A stretch of 64,000 nucleotides of DNA from an uncultured Acidobacteriota bacterium (GCA_963796275.1 CAWCKY010000006.1:960001-1024000), one strand, 5' to 3'; counted from the stretch's first letter, positions 10,321 through 22,192 are shown. Notes: a model not told the origin generated them from the sequence alone. Translations and numbers: made by a program.

Positions 10321-11523
10321 TAGTACTTTGGCAACTATGTGATTTGACACGCGGATCACCATTCCCAGAGCATGGGAAAATGAAAAAACGGCACGTCAAA
10401 TTAAAAGCAAAAGACCGGGACTATCTGGAGTCCCTGATCTCCAAGGGGAAATTACCGGCCAAAACTTTCAAGCGAGCCACGGGCTTGCTCGAACTTGATC
10501 GCGGCAAGACACTCGAAGCGGTAGCCGAAACCCTCGGCGTCAGCCGAGTGACGGTCATGGCCTGGCGTGATAAGTACAAAGAGCAAGGCCTCAAGTGCCT
10601 GGAAGATGCCCCGCGGTCGGGACGTCCGCCGGAGATCGACGGCAAGTTGCGAGCGAAGATCACAGCCTTGGCCTGCAGCGAAGCGCCCGAAGGGCATGTG
10701 CGTTGGACTTTGCGGTTGTTGGCCGATAAGGTGGTCGAGATGGGTTATTGCGAAGAGATATCCAAGACCCATATTGGCAACATCCTGAAAAAAACGAACT
10801 GAAACCGCACCTCAACAAGACTTGGTGTCTTGGTAAGATCGACGCGAAGTTTCTCGCGCAAATGGAGGAGATTCTCCGGTTGTATGCGCTGGCCTATGAT
10901 CCAAACTACCCGGTGGTCTGCTTCGACGAGCGCCCGTGCTTCTTGATCGGGGAGGAGGTTGAACCGCTGGCGATGCAAAGCGGCCAAGTCCGCAAAGAGC
11001 ATTACGCTTATCAGAAGAACGGATCGTGTGCAGTGCTAGCTGCCATCGAACCACTGACCGGGCAAAGACTCGCGCAGGTCTCTTGGCAACGTACTAAGAA
11101 AGAGTTCACGCAGTTCGCTCAGAGACTGGCAGCAGCATATCCGGAGGCCAAAAAGATTCGACTCGTGCTGGACAATTTAAACACCCACCACGCCGGTTCC
11201 TTCTATCAAAACTTGCCGGCGGCGGAGGCCTTTGCGCTGGCGCAACGTTTCGAGTTTCACTATACGCCCAAGTCTGCCAGTTGGCTCAACATGATCGAGT
11301 GTGAATTCTCGGCGGTGGCGCGTCAGTGTTTAAACCGGCGCATCCCGACTATTAAGCAACTGGAGAGAGATGTCTCGGCGATTATCAAAGAACGTAACGA
11401 AAAGAAGATCAAAATCAACTGGCAATTTTCGATCGAGTCTGCGAGAAACAAATTGAATCGTCATTATCAGAACGTTTTGCCCGATAATTCAAGATATCTG
11501 AAGACTTAGTTGCCAAAGTACTA
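10321..11523 (+). mobile_element. Complete IS630-family insertion sequence
   Basis: Perfect inverted ends TAGTACTTTGGCAACTA (10321-10337) and TAGTTGCCAAAGTACTA (11507-11523), including the duplicated TA. The empty site reconstructs as ACTAGT. It carries a split transposase. Confidence 0.95.
10380..11509 (+). CDS. IS630 transposase, orfA (HTH, 10380..10802) plus orfB (DDE) joined by a -1 frameshift
   Basis: OrfA has an HTH, PRSGRP and RWTLRLLA. OrfB has VVCFDE, LVLDNL.TH and YTPK.ASWLN.IE. An A7 run at 10788-10794 lies in the overlap. Confidence 0.92.
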
Positions 11524-11555
11524 GTCCTCTCTTAACTAAGCTTCTTGATAGTCGA

Positions 11556-11857
11556 CGAAACAGTACCGCGAGCGGTAGCGAGCGTTGTACCCGAGTCAGT
11601 CGATTGAAGACTGTTCAAATAAAAGATAATTGGAATCAGCATTTTCGGACCTGAGCGCCAAGAGGCGCGGGATGTTTATAGTATTCGATCACCAAAGTCT
11701 CACGAGCTCCGGAGCTCAGGTTATGGTTAAGATCGTGAGCTATAGACATTACGCGCCTCCGGCGCTGAGATGCGAGACTATTGATTCTGTTGGATTTTAA
11801 TTTGCACACGCTTCAGTTGATTGAGACACGCTCGCTACCGCTCGAGGTACTGTTTCG
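11556..11857. repeat. REP-like inverted repeat (29/30 bp arms) containing a nested ~200 bp MITE/REP element
   Basis: CGAAACAGTACCGCGAGCGGTAGCGAGCGT (11556-11585) pairs with 11828-11857. The inner element (~11610-11808) is homologous to 43534-43768. Confidence 0.8.
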
Positions 11858-11923
11858 AACTTGAATCGCCATTTAAATATCAAATAACCTCGTTTACAGA
11901 GTACTCGGCGCTTTTTATATCTA

Positions 11924-13588
11924 TTACTTCTTCTTATCGAGCATCGGGATTTTCAGATCGGTCTCTCGTGCCTCCTCAATCGCTCTTTCGTATCCAGCAT
12001 CGACGTGGCGTATGATGCCCATACCCGGATCGCTCGTCAGCACTCGCTGCAATCTGCGCGAAGCTCCCTCTGTCCCATCCGCCACGACGACCATTCCCGC
12101 ATGCAGCGAATATCCGATTCCCACGCCGCCGCCGTTATGGATCGAAACCCACGAAGCTCCGGCCGCGGTATTGACCAGCGCGTTCAGCAGAGGCCAGTCG
12201 GCGATGGCGTCTGATCCGTCCCGCATTGCTTCCGTTTCTCGATAAGGCGATGCGACCGAGCCGCTGTCCAGGTGATCGCGTCCAATGACGATCGGCGCCT
12301 CGATCTCGCCCTTCTTCACCAGTTCGTTGATCGCGACGCCGAATTCGGCGCGGTCGCCGTAACCTAGCCAGCAGATGCGCGCTGGCAACCCTTGAAACTT
12401 GATGCGTTCGTGGGCCAGTTTTAGCCATCGCTCGAGTACGGGATCATCCGGAAAGAGTTCCCTTGCTAGGTCATCCGTCTTGTGAATGTCGCCGGGATTC
12501 CCTGACAGAGCCACCCATCGGAAGGGGCCTCGCCCCTCGCAAAAGTACGGCCTGATGTATTCGGGCACGAAACCGGGAATCTGGAACGCATCTTCAACGC
12601 CCATCCGCTTGGCATGCGCGCGGATATTGTTGCCGTAATCGAATGTCACCGCTCCCATTCGCTTCAGCTCAAGCATCGCGCGGACGTGCTTCGCCATCGA
12701 TTCCATCGAATAATTGATATATTCGTCGGGATTTTCACGCCGCATTCGAACCGCTTCATCTAGGTTCATTCCATTCGGCACATAGCCGTTCAATGGATCA
12801 TGAGCGCTCGTCTGGTCGGTCAATACGTCGGGAACGACTGCGCGGCGGACGAGCTCCGGAAGCACATCGGCGCAATTGCCGACCAATCCGACTGAGATTG
12901 CCCTGCCTCGTCGGCGCGCATCGTTTATTTGGGCGAGCGCATCATCGAGGTCGAAGCTGATCTCATCGCAGTAGCCGGTTGTCTGCCGTTTCTCGATGCG
13001 GGTCGGGTCGACATCGATGCCGAGGAAACAGGCGCCATTCATCGTCGCGGCGAGCGGCTGCGCGCCTCCCATCCCACCCATTCCGCCGGAGACTACGAAC
13101 TTTCCCGCCAGCGAGCCGCCAAAATGTTTATTACCGGCGGCGGCGAATGTTTCGAATGTACCCTGAATTATCCCCTGGCTGCCGATGTAGATCCACGAAC
13201 CGGCCGTCATTTGGCCATACATAGTCAATCCCACTCGTTCGAGAGCATGAAACTCATTCCAGTTCGACCAGTGACCGACGAGGTTTGAATTGGCGATCAG
13301 CACGCGTGGCGCATCTTCGTGAGTTCGGAAAATACCGACCGGTTTGCCCGATTGCACGAGCAGCGTTTCATCGTTCTCGAGCGATTTCAGCGAGCGAACT
13401 ATGGCCTCGAAAGCGTCCCAGTTGCGCGCCGCCTTGCCGGTGCCTCCGTAGACTATCAACTCATCGGGTTTCTCGGCCACATCCGGGTCCAGGTTGTTCA
13501 TGAGCATCCGCATGGCGGCTTCCTGAACCCAGCCCTTGCAACTTATCTGCGTCCCGCGTGGCGCCCTCACGGTTCTTTTTTGACTCAT
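11924..13588 (-). CDS. hutU: Urocanate hydratase
   Basis: [54 protein letters not shown] and [17 protein letters not shown]. Confidence 0.98.
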   Translation of the reverse strand: MSQKRTVRAPRGTQISCKGWVQEAAMRMLMNNLDPDVAEKPDELIVYGGTGKAARNWDAFEAIVRSLKSLENDETLLVQSGKPVGIFRTHEDAPRVLIANSNLVGHWSNWNEFHALERVGLTMYGQMTAGSWIYIGSQGIIQGTFETFAAAGNKHFGGSLAGKFVVSGGMGGMGGAQPLAATMNGACFLGIDVDPTRIEKRQTTGYCDEISFDLDDALAQINDARRRGRAISVGLVGNCADVLPELVRRAVVPDVLTDQTSAHDPLNGYVPNGMNLDEAVRMRRENPDEYINYSMESMAKHVRAMLELKRMGAVTFDYGNNIRAHAKRMGVEDAFQIPGFVPEYIRPYFCEGRGPFRWVALSGNPGDIHKTDDLARELFPDDPVLERWLKLAHERIKFQGLPARICWLGYGDRAEFGVAINELVKKGEIEAPIVIGRDHLDSGSVASPYRETEAMRDGSDAIADWPLLNALVNTAAGASWVSIHNGGGVGIGYSLHAGMVVVADGTEGASRRLQRVLTSDPGMGIIRHVDAGYERAIEEARETDLKIPMLDKKK

Positions 13589-13616
13589 ATATCCCTTTTA
13601 GAAAGCAACAGGGAGT

Positions 13617-13650
13617 ACGAAACAAACGAAAATAACCAGACAAACGAAGA
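13617..13650. repeat. Degenerate 9-mer tandem repeat between hutH and hutU
   Basis: ACGAAACAA-ACGAAAATA-ACCAGACAA-ACGAA. Confidence 0.5.
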
Positions 13651-13699
13651 TTCGGGCATTATTCTATTGTTCGGTAAATCGCGATTGCTCTCATAGCTA

Positions 13700-15196
13700 T
13701 TAGATTTGATGTAACTCGCGCACCAGCGGCACGAGCGCCTCGATATAGCCGGATAGCTGCATATCGCGTTCGAGCGCGGGCACGCGTTCGCGCACTCGCC
13801 GGTAGACATCCTGCAGTTTCGGACCCGGTTTCAGAGGTTTTAAAAACTCCAGCCCCTGAGCGGCGCACATCAATTCAATTGCGAGTATCGTCTCGACGTT
13901 CCGCACAACCTGCGAGAATTTCAAGGCTGCTGTCATTCCCATCGAGACGTGGTCTTCTTTATTGGCCGATGTCGGCAGATTCGTCACTGACGCCGGATGC
14001 GCGAGCACGTTGTTTTCGGCGATCAGAGAAACCGCCGCGACCTGCGCGATCATAAAGCCGGAATTGGTGCCCGGCCGCGGCGATAAAAACGCCGGCAGAT
14101 TCGACAGGCTGGGATTGACCAGACGTTCGACCCGGCGCTCGGCAATCGTCCCGAGATCAGCTACCGCAACCGCTGCATAATCGAGCGCGAGGGCGATAGG
14201 CTCGCCATGGAAATTGCCGCCGGACAAGACCTCGCGTTCGTCGGCGAAGACCAGGGGGTTGTCCGTCGCACTGTTGATCTCGATCTCGATAATCTGCTTG
14301 GTATGAGCAATTGCATCGCGGACAGCCCCATGCACCTGCGGCATGCAGCGGAGCGCATAGGCATCCTGCAATCGAGGATCGCTTATGCGATCCCGATGCG
14401 ATTCACGTATCTCGCTCCCGACAATCAGCTCGCGCAATCTCCTCGCGCTGGCAGCCTGTCCCGCATGGGGGCGCACGGAATGTATCTTCTCATCGAAGGC
14501 AACTGGAGTGCCTTTTAAAGCCTCGAGTGTCATTAGCCCGATAACGTCGGCCGCATAAGCCAGCTTTTCGGCCGCGAGCAATGCCAATCCGCCGACCGCC
14601 GTCATCGCCTGAGTACCATTGAGCAAGGCCAGGCCTTCTTTGGCTTCCAGGATCAAAGGATCGATCCCGGCGCGGTCTAGCGCCTCGCGGCCGGTTATCC
14701 TTTCGCCCTGATAGTTCGCCTCACCCTCGCCGATGATGACCAGAGCCAGATGAGCGAGCGGCGCCAGGTCGCCCGAGGCGCCGACCGAGCCGCGAGACGG
14801 GATCACCGGATGCACTCCGGCATTCAGCATGGCAATCAAAATATCGATGGCGGCAGGACGGCAGCCGGAGTAACCTTTTGCCAGCACGTTCGCTCGGTGA
14901 AGCATAATCGACCGCACCGCCCTCTCAGGCAGGGGATCGCCGACCCCGCAGGCGTGCGAGCGAACCAGATTGAACTGCAATTCGCGCAGCTCATTGTACG
15001 GAATACTGACATCGGATAATGCGCCGAAGCCCGTGTTGATGCCATAGACTACTTCGCCGCGTTCGATTATTTCTTCCACGAAGCGACGCGATTTTTCGAC
15101 AAGTTGGCGCGCGGCGTCAGATAAAGAAGTTTCTGCGCCGTCAGCGACAGCGCCCGTCTGTGCGAGAGTGAGCGATACGCCGTCAATTTCGATCAT
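13700..15196 (-). CDS. hutH: Histidine ammonia-lyase
   Basis: VYGINTGFG, MIO motif GSVGASGDLAPLAH, KEGLALLNGT, QDAYALRC and SGGNFHG. ATG 15196 has better SD spacing than 15238. Confidence 0.97.
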   Translation of the reverse strand: MIEIDGVSLTLAQTGAVADGAETSLSDAARQLVEKSRRFVEEIIERGEVVYGINTGFGALSDVSIPYNELRELQFNLVRSHACGVGDPLPERAVRSIMLHRANVLAKGYSGCRPAAIDILIAMLNAGVHPVIPSRGSVGASGDLAPLAHLALVIIGEGEANYQGERITGREALDRAGIDPLILEAKEGLALLNGTQAMTAVGGLALLAAEKLAYAADVIGLMTLEALKGTPVAFDEKIHSVRPHAGQAASARRLRELIVGSEIRESHRDRISDPRLQDAYALRCMPQVHGAVRDAIAHTKQIIEIEINSATDNPLVFADEREVLSGGNFHGEPIALALDYAAVAVADLGTIAERRVERLVNPSLSNLPAFLSPRPGTNSGFMIAQVAAVSLIAENNVLAHPASVTNLPTSANKEDHVSMGMTAALKFSQVVRNVETILAIELMCAAQGLEFLKPLKPGPKLQDVYRRVRERVPALERDMQLSGYIEALVPLVRELHQI

Positions 15197-15260
15197 TGTA
15201 TTTTCCCTTTGTGCTGTGTCGAATTCATTATAGCTCATCTCCTCAGCTCGATGATGGTTA

Positions 15261-15683
15261 TTGAAAAATAGATGTACCCATGCCGTCCATCGTAGGGGCG
15301 GACCTGCGTGGCATTTGTGTCAAGATAAGCCGTCAACTTCGTAACATCTGGCCACTGAGCGCCGAAGGCGCGCAATAAAATAGCCAGGGGTGGAGCGCGC
15401 CTAGCGCGTAGCCCTGGTAAGTCGCAAGTGAGACGTCAAGCCCTGTAAGGGTGGAATATTCGGTCGCTCTTACGCCCTTACAGGGCTTGACGATTCTCGA
15501 TGATGTTCCAGGGGCTACCCTTCGCTCCACCCCTGGCTGTTTTATTGGCCCCCCTTTGGGGCTTAGGAGCCAGCCTTATCCTTATCTTGACGCGCATGAC
15601 CTATGAGTCTGCCCCCTAAGCGGCGCTACCGTGGGCTCGGGATAGACACACAGGTCACTCGCGTGGTTACATTATTTTTTCAA
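15261..15683. repeat. Multiply nested REP/MITE composite
   Basis: Outer IR 15261-15283/15661-15683, a GTAG-type REP from 15291, inner IR ..GTCAAGATAAG 15312-15329/15581-15598, and an innermost REP cluster 15357-15564 homologous to 63387-63520. Confidence 0.78.
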
Positions 15684-15785
15684 AGACCATCATCGGGCTG
15701 AATAACTGCAGGCTCTTTGTTCAAAGAAGACTGCAGTTATAAAATCATTTCGTTCTTTTCGTATTTCTTCATTCAGAAACAACAA

Positions 15786-18150
15786 ATGCCGGTTCAAAAT
15801 TTCATATTTCTGATCGTCTGCCTGATTTTCTGGCAGCAGAACGCGGACCAGCATCTGCAACGCGCGAGCGCATTGTTCGATCAGCGAAGGTTTCCCGAAG
15901 CCGCGGAGGAAGCGCGAAAGGCCCGGGAGGCTCAATCCGAATCTGGTCGGGGCGTGGAAACTGAGGGGATTGTCGCTGCAGCTCGCCGGAGCGATTGCTG
16001 ATGCGGAACAGGAATTCTCTTTCGCGTTACAAAGGTTTCCGAAAGACGCCGATCTCTGGTTCTATCTCGCTCGCGTTCAATATTTGCAGTCATCGTTGCA
16101 ACCCGCGGAAAAATCGGCCCGCCAATCGCTCGATCTGCAACCGGACCACGCCGGCGCACATACGCAACTAGCGATGGTTTTAGAGGCTCGAACCGACTTT
16201 CCGAACGCCCTCGCCCATTACCGCCGCGGTATAGAGCTGAGCGCCGAACAGCAGCGGCCTCCGACCTTACCTCTGGTATATGCCGGCAATCTTCTGGTCA
16301 AACTCAATCGCCTCGATGAAGCGCTCGATTCTTTCACACGGGCGACCGCGCTCGATCCGAAATCGAGCGAGCTCAATCTCTCGCGCGGGCGCGTGCTCGA
16401 AAGACTCGGTCGTACCAAAGAAGCGGAAGCGGCATATCAGCAAGCCATCGCTCTCGACGGAAACAGTCAAGCCCGCGCCGCGATCGAACGATTGCGCGCC
16501 GTAGCGGGTGCGATCTCCGGCGCCGCTCGGGCCCCTCAATCGATTGCACCGATCAGATTCCGCAATATCGCTTCATCCGCGAAGCTCGATTTCACGCTGC
16601 GCAACGGCGCGACGCCGCGCAAGTATCAGGTCGAGACGATGACCGGCGGCGTGGCCGTCATCGATTTCGACAATGACGGCTGGCCGGATATCTATTTCGT
16701 CAACGGCGCCGAATTGCCCGCGATGAAGAAAACCTCGCCTCGTTATTGGAACCGTTTGTTTCGCAACGACCGCAAAGGCGGTTTCAGCGACGCGACCGAA
16801 GCGGCCGGGATCGCTGGCGAAGGCTTTTCGATGGGGGCGGCCGTCAGCGATTACGACAACGACGGCGATCAGGACATCTTCGTCGCCGGAGTCGACCGCA
16901 ATACACTCTTTCGCAACGACGGCAGAGGACGATTCGACGATGTGACTGAAAAGGCCGGATTGACGGGCGCAGATAAGCAAAGGGGCAAAATGTGGTCGGT
17001 GGCCGCCGCCTGGTTCGATTATGACAACGATGGCGACCTCGATCTATTCGTGGTCAACTACTGCAAATGGACTCCCGCTATCGATCCATACTGTGGCGCG
17101 ATGAAGGAAGGGTGGCGCACCTACTGCTTTCCGGACCGTTACGAGGGTTTGCCGAATCAACTCTTTCGCAATGACGGCGATGGCACGTTCACCGACGTTT
17201 CGGAGAACAGCGGGATCGGCAAACACATAGGTAAGGGGATGGGCCTGGCAGTTGCAGATTACGATAACGACGGCTTCGCCGATGTTTTCGTCGCCAACGA
17301 TACGCTGCCCAATTTTTTATTCAGGAATAACGGGCGCGGCGGCTTTGAAGAAGTCGCATTGCATTCGGGCGTGGCAGTCAATGATAGCGGGAGACCGGTG
17401 TCGAGCATGGGCGTCGATTTTCGCGATTACGACAACGACGGATTGCCTGATCTGGTCGTATCGGCGCTCGAAGGCGAAACCTATCCGCTCTTTCATAATC
17501 TCGGCAAAGGATTCTTCTCCGATGTCACGTGGCAGAGCGGTTTGGGAGCGGAGACGGTCAAACGCAGCGGGTGGGGCCTGGGCCTGGTCGATTTCAACAA
17601 CGACGGATTCAAGGATTTGTTCACTGCGAACGCACACGTCAATGACAACATCGAGCTGTACAACAATCAGACCTATCGCCAGACGAACAGTATCCTGGCC
17701 AACCTCGGTAACGGCATGTTTCAGGACGTATCGCGTCTCGCCGGCGCTGATTTCGAGAGTAAGCGCGCGCATCGCGGCTGTGCGTTCGCAGATTTTGATA
17801 ACGATGGGCGCATCGATGTTGTGACGACCTCGTTGAACGAGCCGGCCGAGCTTCTCCGCAATGAATCGGAGAATGATCATCACTGGCTGGCATTGCGACT
17901 GATCGGAGTGAAGAGCAATCGTGACGGCATCGGAGCGAAGATCAAACTGACGGCGGGCTCGGGCGCGGTGCAATTCAATCAGGTGACGACCAGTGTCGGT
18001 TATGCTTCGTCAAGCGAGCGGCGCGTGCATTTCGGCTTGGGGCGAGAGGCGAAGGTGAAGAGCATCGAGATTCGCTGGCCGAGCGGCAGGGTGCAGGTGT
18101 TGAAGGATGTCGAAGTCGATCGTGTGCTGGCGATAAAAGAGGATGGATGA
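15786..18150 (+). CDS. TPR + FG-GAP repeat + ASPIC/UnbV (CRTAC1-like) exported protein, with one apparent +1 indel near 15930
   Basis: Signal peptide from ATG 15786. Removing one G at ~15930 joins ARE-LNPNLVGAWKLRGLSLQ to the 15970 ORF. TPRs are followed by many DxDNDG repeats and a C-terminal SNRDGIGA...VHFGLG...IRWPSG. Confidence 0.85.
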
Positions 18151-18161
18151 TACCTAAAAAG

Positions 18162-18247
18162 ATTCACCACAAAGACCACAAAAAGGACAAAAAACATAAA
18201 GAGAAGCGATCTGCCTTGTGTCCTCTTTGTGATTCTCTGCGGTGAAT
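18162..18247. repeat. ATTCACCACAAA-family palindrome (copy 3) between convergent genes, possible terminator
   Basis: ATTCACCACAAAGACCACAAAAAGGACAAA pairs imperfectly with TTGTGTCCTCTTTGTGATTCTCTGCGGTGAAT. Confidence 0.7.
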
Positions 18248-18258
18248 TCAGTTCAACC

Positions 18259-21200
18259 TTACCAGGTGAACTTCATAGCTAACTGGATGTGTCGCGGATA
18301 AGCTACTTCAGTATCACCCGCAAGGCGCGGGAAGAGACTGCCGAAGTTGCGGTCATCCAGGTTGCCGTTGAACGGCTGGACGCGGTAGGCGTACGTGTTC
18401 GTGAAGTTGAACATCTCAACGCGAAACTGCAGCTTCAACCGCTCGGTGATGTTCGTCATCTTATTGAACGAGACATCGAAGATCGGCGGCGAATAGAGCC
18501 GGATCGACGAAGACCGGTACGACGTGTTGCGGGGTGCGTACTGCGGCGCCTTCAGAAAGTCATAATTGGTCGGACTGCAGTTCTGTAGCCCCTTACTGAA
18601 TGATTGCAATTGAGGAGCTCCCGAATCATCTATGAAGGCGACGCAGGGAGCAGCCGTTGTAGTGATAGGCGTGCCATCGGCGTTCCTCTGATTGGGATCG
18701 GAAGCATGCAGCCTGGCGAGCCATACCTGGTCGGAGCCCTTCCATTTGATGTCTTTGTTTATCGCATCGGGATTCATATAAATCATGTCACCGGGTAGAT
18801 ATCCAGGGACGTCCTGACTGAATCTGAGCGATCATCGTCGCTTCCCATCCGCTCACCAGACGGCCGAAGAAGCCGTGTTTCAGGTTGAACAGTTTTTTGC
18901 CCTGGCCGAACGGCAACTGGTAGACCATCCCCGCCGTGAATCGATGCGGGCGATCAGCCCAGTATAATCCGCGCTGATGATCCCTTTCTGTAAATCGTTC
19001 CAACCCCAGGCCTCGATCTGCTTCGAGAACGTGTAGGTCGCGACCAGGTTCATCCCGCTCCGGGCGCGCTTCTCGAAGAGACCTGCAACGAATCATAGTT
19101 GATGCTGCCATCGTTGCGCGCGACCTCGGTGAGACCGCCGAATGCCGGATACGGGCGCGATAGGTCCCAACGAGAGATAGTGTCGGAGTAGTAACGGCCT
19201 GTCAGTGCGTACGGCGCGAGACCCCTGAATGGGTTGGGCAGCGCTTCGTTACAGTAACCCGGACTGCCGCCTTCGAGGGGGTTGCACCTCTGTCGCATCG
19301 CCAGATCGGGCTCGTTGAATGGACGGTCGGTTTGCAGTTTCTTCGTGCGGTTGCCTACATACGACAACTCTATTTTCGCCTCCCACGGCAGTTGATACTG
19401 GAAGCCGAGCGAGAACTGATGCACATAAGGCACCGAGAAGTTCGGGTTGACGAAGTTGAATCCCCGGCCGACGAAAGTCTCCGCTCCGCCGGCGCTGCCT
19501 TGCGGGATCGCGAAGCCGTCCGGGAACGGGCTGCTGAGCACGCCCTCGATCGGCGTTCGGCCGCCATTGAGCGAGTTGATGACGCCGGTCGAGACCGCGA
19601 ACCCGGCGAACTGCAGATACTCATTGCCGGGATTGACGTAATAGAGACCCCAGCCTCCGCGCATTACCAGCCTTTCCTGCAGCAGGTAAGCGAAGCCGAT
19701 GCGCGGCTGGATATTGTTATAGTCGATGTTGGCGGGGATACGCGAAAGGCCATTGACGCCCGCGAACATCAAACCGCCTTTCAACTGCGGCACATTGGGA
19801 AATTGAGTGCGATCGATGAGGCTGTCGACAGGATTGATCACATTCGGGTCAAATCCGTGATTGAGCCGGTCATAACGCTCCTTCGGCGGCGTATTGATAT
19901 CCCAGCGCGCGCCCAGATTGAGCGTTAACTTGGGACTCACCTTCCAGTCGTTCTGGAACCATGGCGCATAATAGTTCCCGAGCGTGGTGAAGAAGAGGTT
20001 GTAATCGATGTTGCCGCCCACATAACCGAGCATGAATGACGCGAGGCCGTTGCCGCTGAGATCGTCCCCCTGATCCCAGCGCTGCTGGGTGAACCCGCGA
20101 TTTGCAGCCAGGCGGAATACGTTACCCTGATTCTTGTCGATGTACTGCACCCAGCGCATATCTACGCCGCCGCGCCAGGTCTGCGATCCGCGAATCCAGG
20201 TGAAGGTCGGGTGCATAGCCACCGTGTTCGTGACGTTGGAACCGGCATACCGGCCGAGACCCGGATAGCCCTCGATCTCGTAACGCCCGAACCTAGGCTC
20301 GAATGGAAGCGAATTGACCAGTTCTGGACTGAATCCGAGCGTCGTCATATCAAATCCCAAATTGCCGGTTCCATTACCTTCTTCGATGAAACGGTTGAAG
20401 GAGGTGCGGAAGTTGAAGATGAAGGTCGGCGAGAATGTGGCCAGATGGTCCAGCACGAACGCATCGTTGATGCGCTTGAACGGATGCTGGCCGTCCTGCC
20501 CGAAGCCTGTCGGAATACCGTTGACGTTGCGGTCCTCCGTCCGGTCATTATTGGCCCAGCGAATATAGGACCGGTGTCTCTCGTTGAATTGATGGTCGAT
20601 CTTGATGACGTAGTTGTAGAAGGCGTCTGTCGCAAGGTTCGGTGCGTAGAAGAAATTGTTGCGCCCATAAGCCGCCGCCGGATCGACAGAGTTCGGTTTT
20701 GGATAGAAACCGAGAATCCTCTGCGCGATGGGATTGATCCGATCTCCGGGAATCTTGTTGCATGCCGTATAACCTTGGAATGCAGGATCAGAAAGGTTGA
20801 CGCCGCCAATTGGGTTGCCCGACGGATCGCACGCGAACGGGTACCGCCTCCAGCCTCCCGGCACACTCGAATCGGCGAAACCTGACCTCGGGTCATAGAT
20901 AGTGATTTTTTGACCCGCGGCATCCGCCAGCCCGCTGAAATCCCCGTTCATCATCTCCGGCGCCGGCACCGATAGCGTCAACGGCTGCGGCACGCCCTCG
21001 CGATAACCCTCGTAGTTGACCATGAAGAATGTCTTGTCCCGCCCATTAAAGAGCCCCGGGATGTATACCGGACCTTCGAGCTGCCAGCCATACTGGTCGA
21101 GATAGTGGGCTGCCTTATCCGCGCCCCTTGCCTTCAGGCGGAAATCGGTCGCGTCGAGCCATTGGCGGCGCATGAATTCGTATACCGCACCGTGAAATGC

Positions 21201-21966
21201 ATTGGTTCCGCTGCGTAGATTGACGTTGATGATGCCGCCCGTGGTTTTGCCGTACTGGGCATCATAGGTGTTGGTCATGATCTTGAAGTCCTGCACCGAA
21301 TCGACCGGGGGAACGTAGGCGATGTTGTTGCCGCCCGCCTGCCCGTTGTTGGGCGCTCCGTCGAGCAGGAATTCATTGCCGCGCGACTGGCTGCCGTTGA
21401 TCGTCCATTCGGCGATCGCGCCGTTGTCGAAGGGACGCTGCCAGATGGACGCGCCGTTGAAGTTCACGCCCGGCAGTCAGGATGCCGAGCATAAAGGGAT
21501 TGCGCGCATTGAGGGGCAATTCGATGACGCGCTGGCGATCAATCACGCCGCCGCGGTCGGCGGTCGCCGATTCGAGCAGCGGGGTTTCGCCCTGAATCGT
21601 CACCTGTTCATCGATGCTTCCGGGCTCGAGCGCAACATCGATCGTGGCGACCTGTTTGATCACGAGCTCGACGTTTTCGCGCACGGCTTTCTTGAATCCG
21701 GTCGCTTCTACCGAGACCGAGTAGAGGCCGGGACGGAGCAGGGGTGCCCTGAAGTTGCCCTCATTGTTGGTGGTAGCGGTCGTCGTTTCATTGGTGCCGA
21801 TGTTCTTCACCGTCACCTGAGCGTTCGGAATGGCCGCCTTATTTGTATCGGTGACGCGGCCGGTGATGGTTGCTCGAAAATCTTGCGCTGCTGATGCCAT
21901 CGTTAGCAATAACGGCAGCGATAGGGAGACAAGTAGAGTAATCAATGTGCGAGGTGCTCTGCCCAT
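18259..21966 (-). CDS. TonB-dependent/Oar-like receptor with N-terminal carboxypeptidase-regulatory-like domain, broken by 4 single-base indels (sequencing error or young pseudogene)
   Basis: Colinear with the intact paralog 27995..31666 from MGRAPRTL to HIQLAMKFTW. Indels at ~21468 (+1), ~19077 (-1), ~18977 (-1) and ~18800 (+1). Confidence 0.85.
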
Positions 21967-22192
21967 ATGATCTCCTGCCCGCTCCGATCTAACCGGATTA
22001 CGGGCGATAGTTGAATTGTTTTGCATACGGCGAACAGACGACGTTCGCCACCGTGAAAATGCGAATGTAGATTGCTAAGGGGGAGGGAACTGACTCGTTA
22101 CCGCTGCTCAATATACCCGCCCAAACGCAAAGAGATTATCCAGTTCACTGTTTAGATGGTCAAGCCGTTTGCGCCACATTGGTTTGACCTCT

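Noticed and set aside
10281-10379. ORF-track start at 10281 for transposase orfA
   Set aside because: It lies outside the left inverted repeat. ATG 10380 is inside the element.
10788-10802. Treating the transposase frameshift as a sequencing error or pseudogene
   Set aside because: An A-rich -1 shift at the HTH/DDE junction (LKKT/N) is the usual programmed arrangement in IS630 elements.
15333-15530. Small ORFs within repeat regions (also the 43651 N-terminal extension, 11821..12015 and 54922..55110)
   Set aside because: They largely translate REP/MITE or flanking intergenic sequence and lack coding signals.
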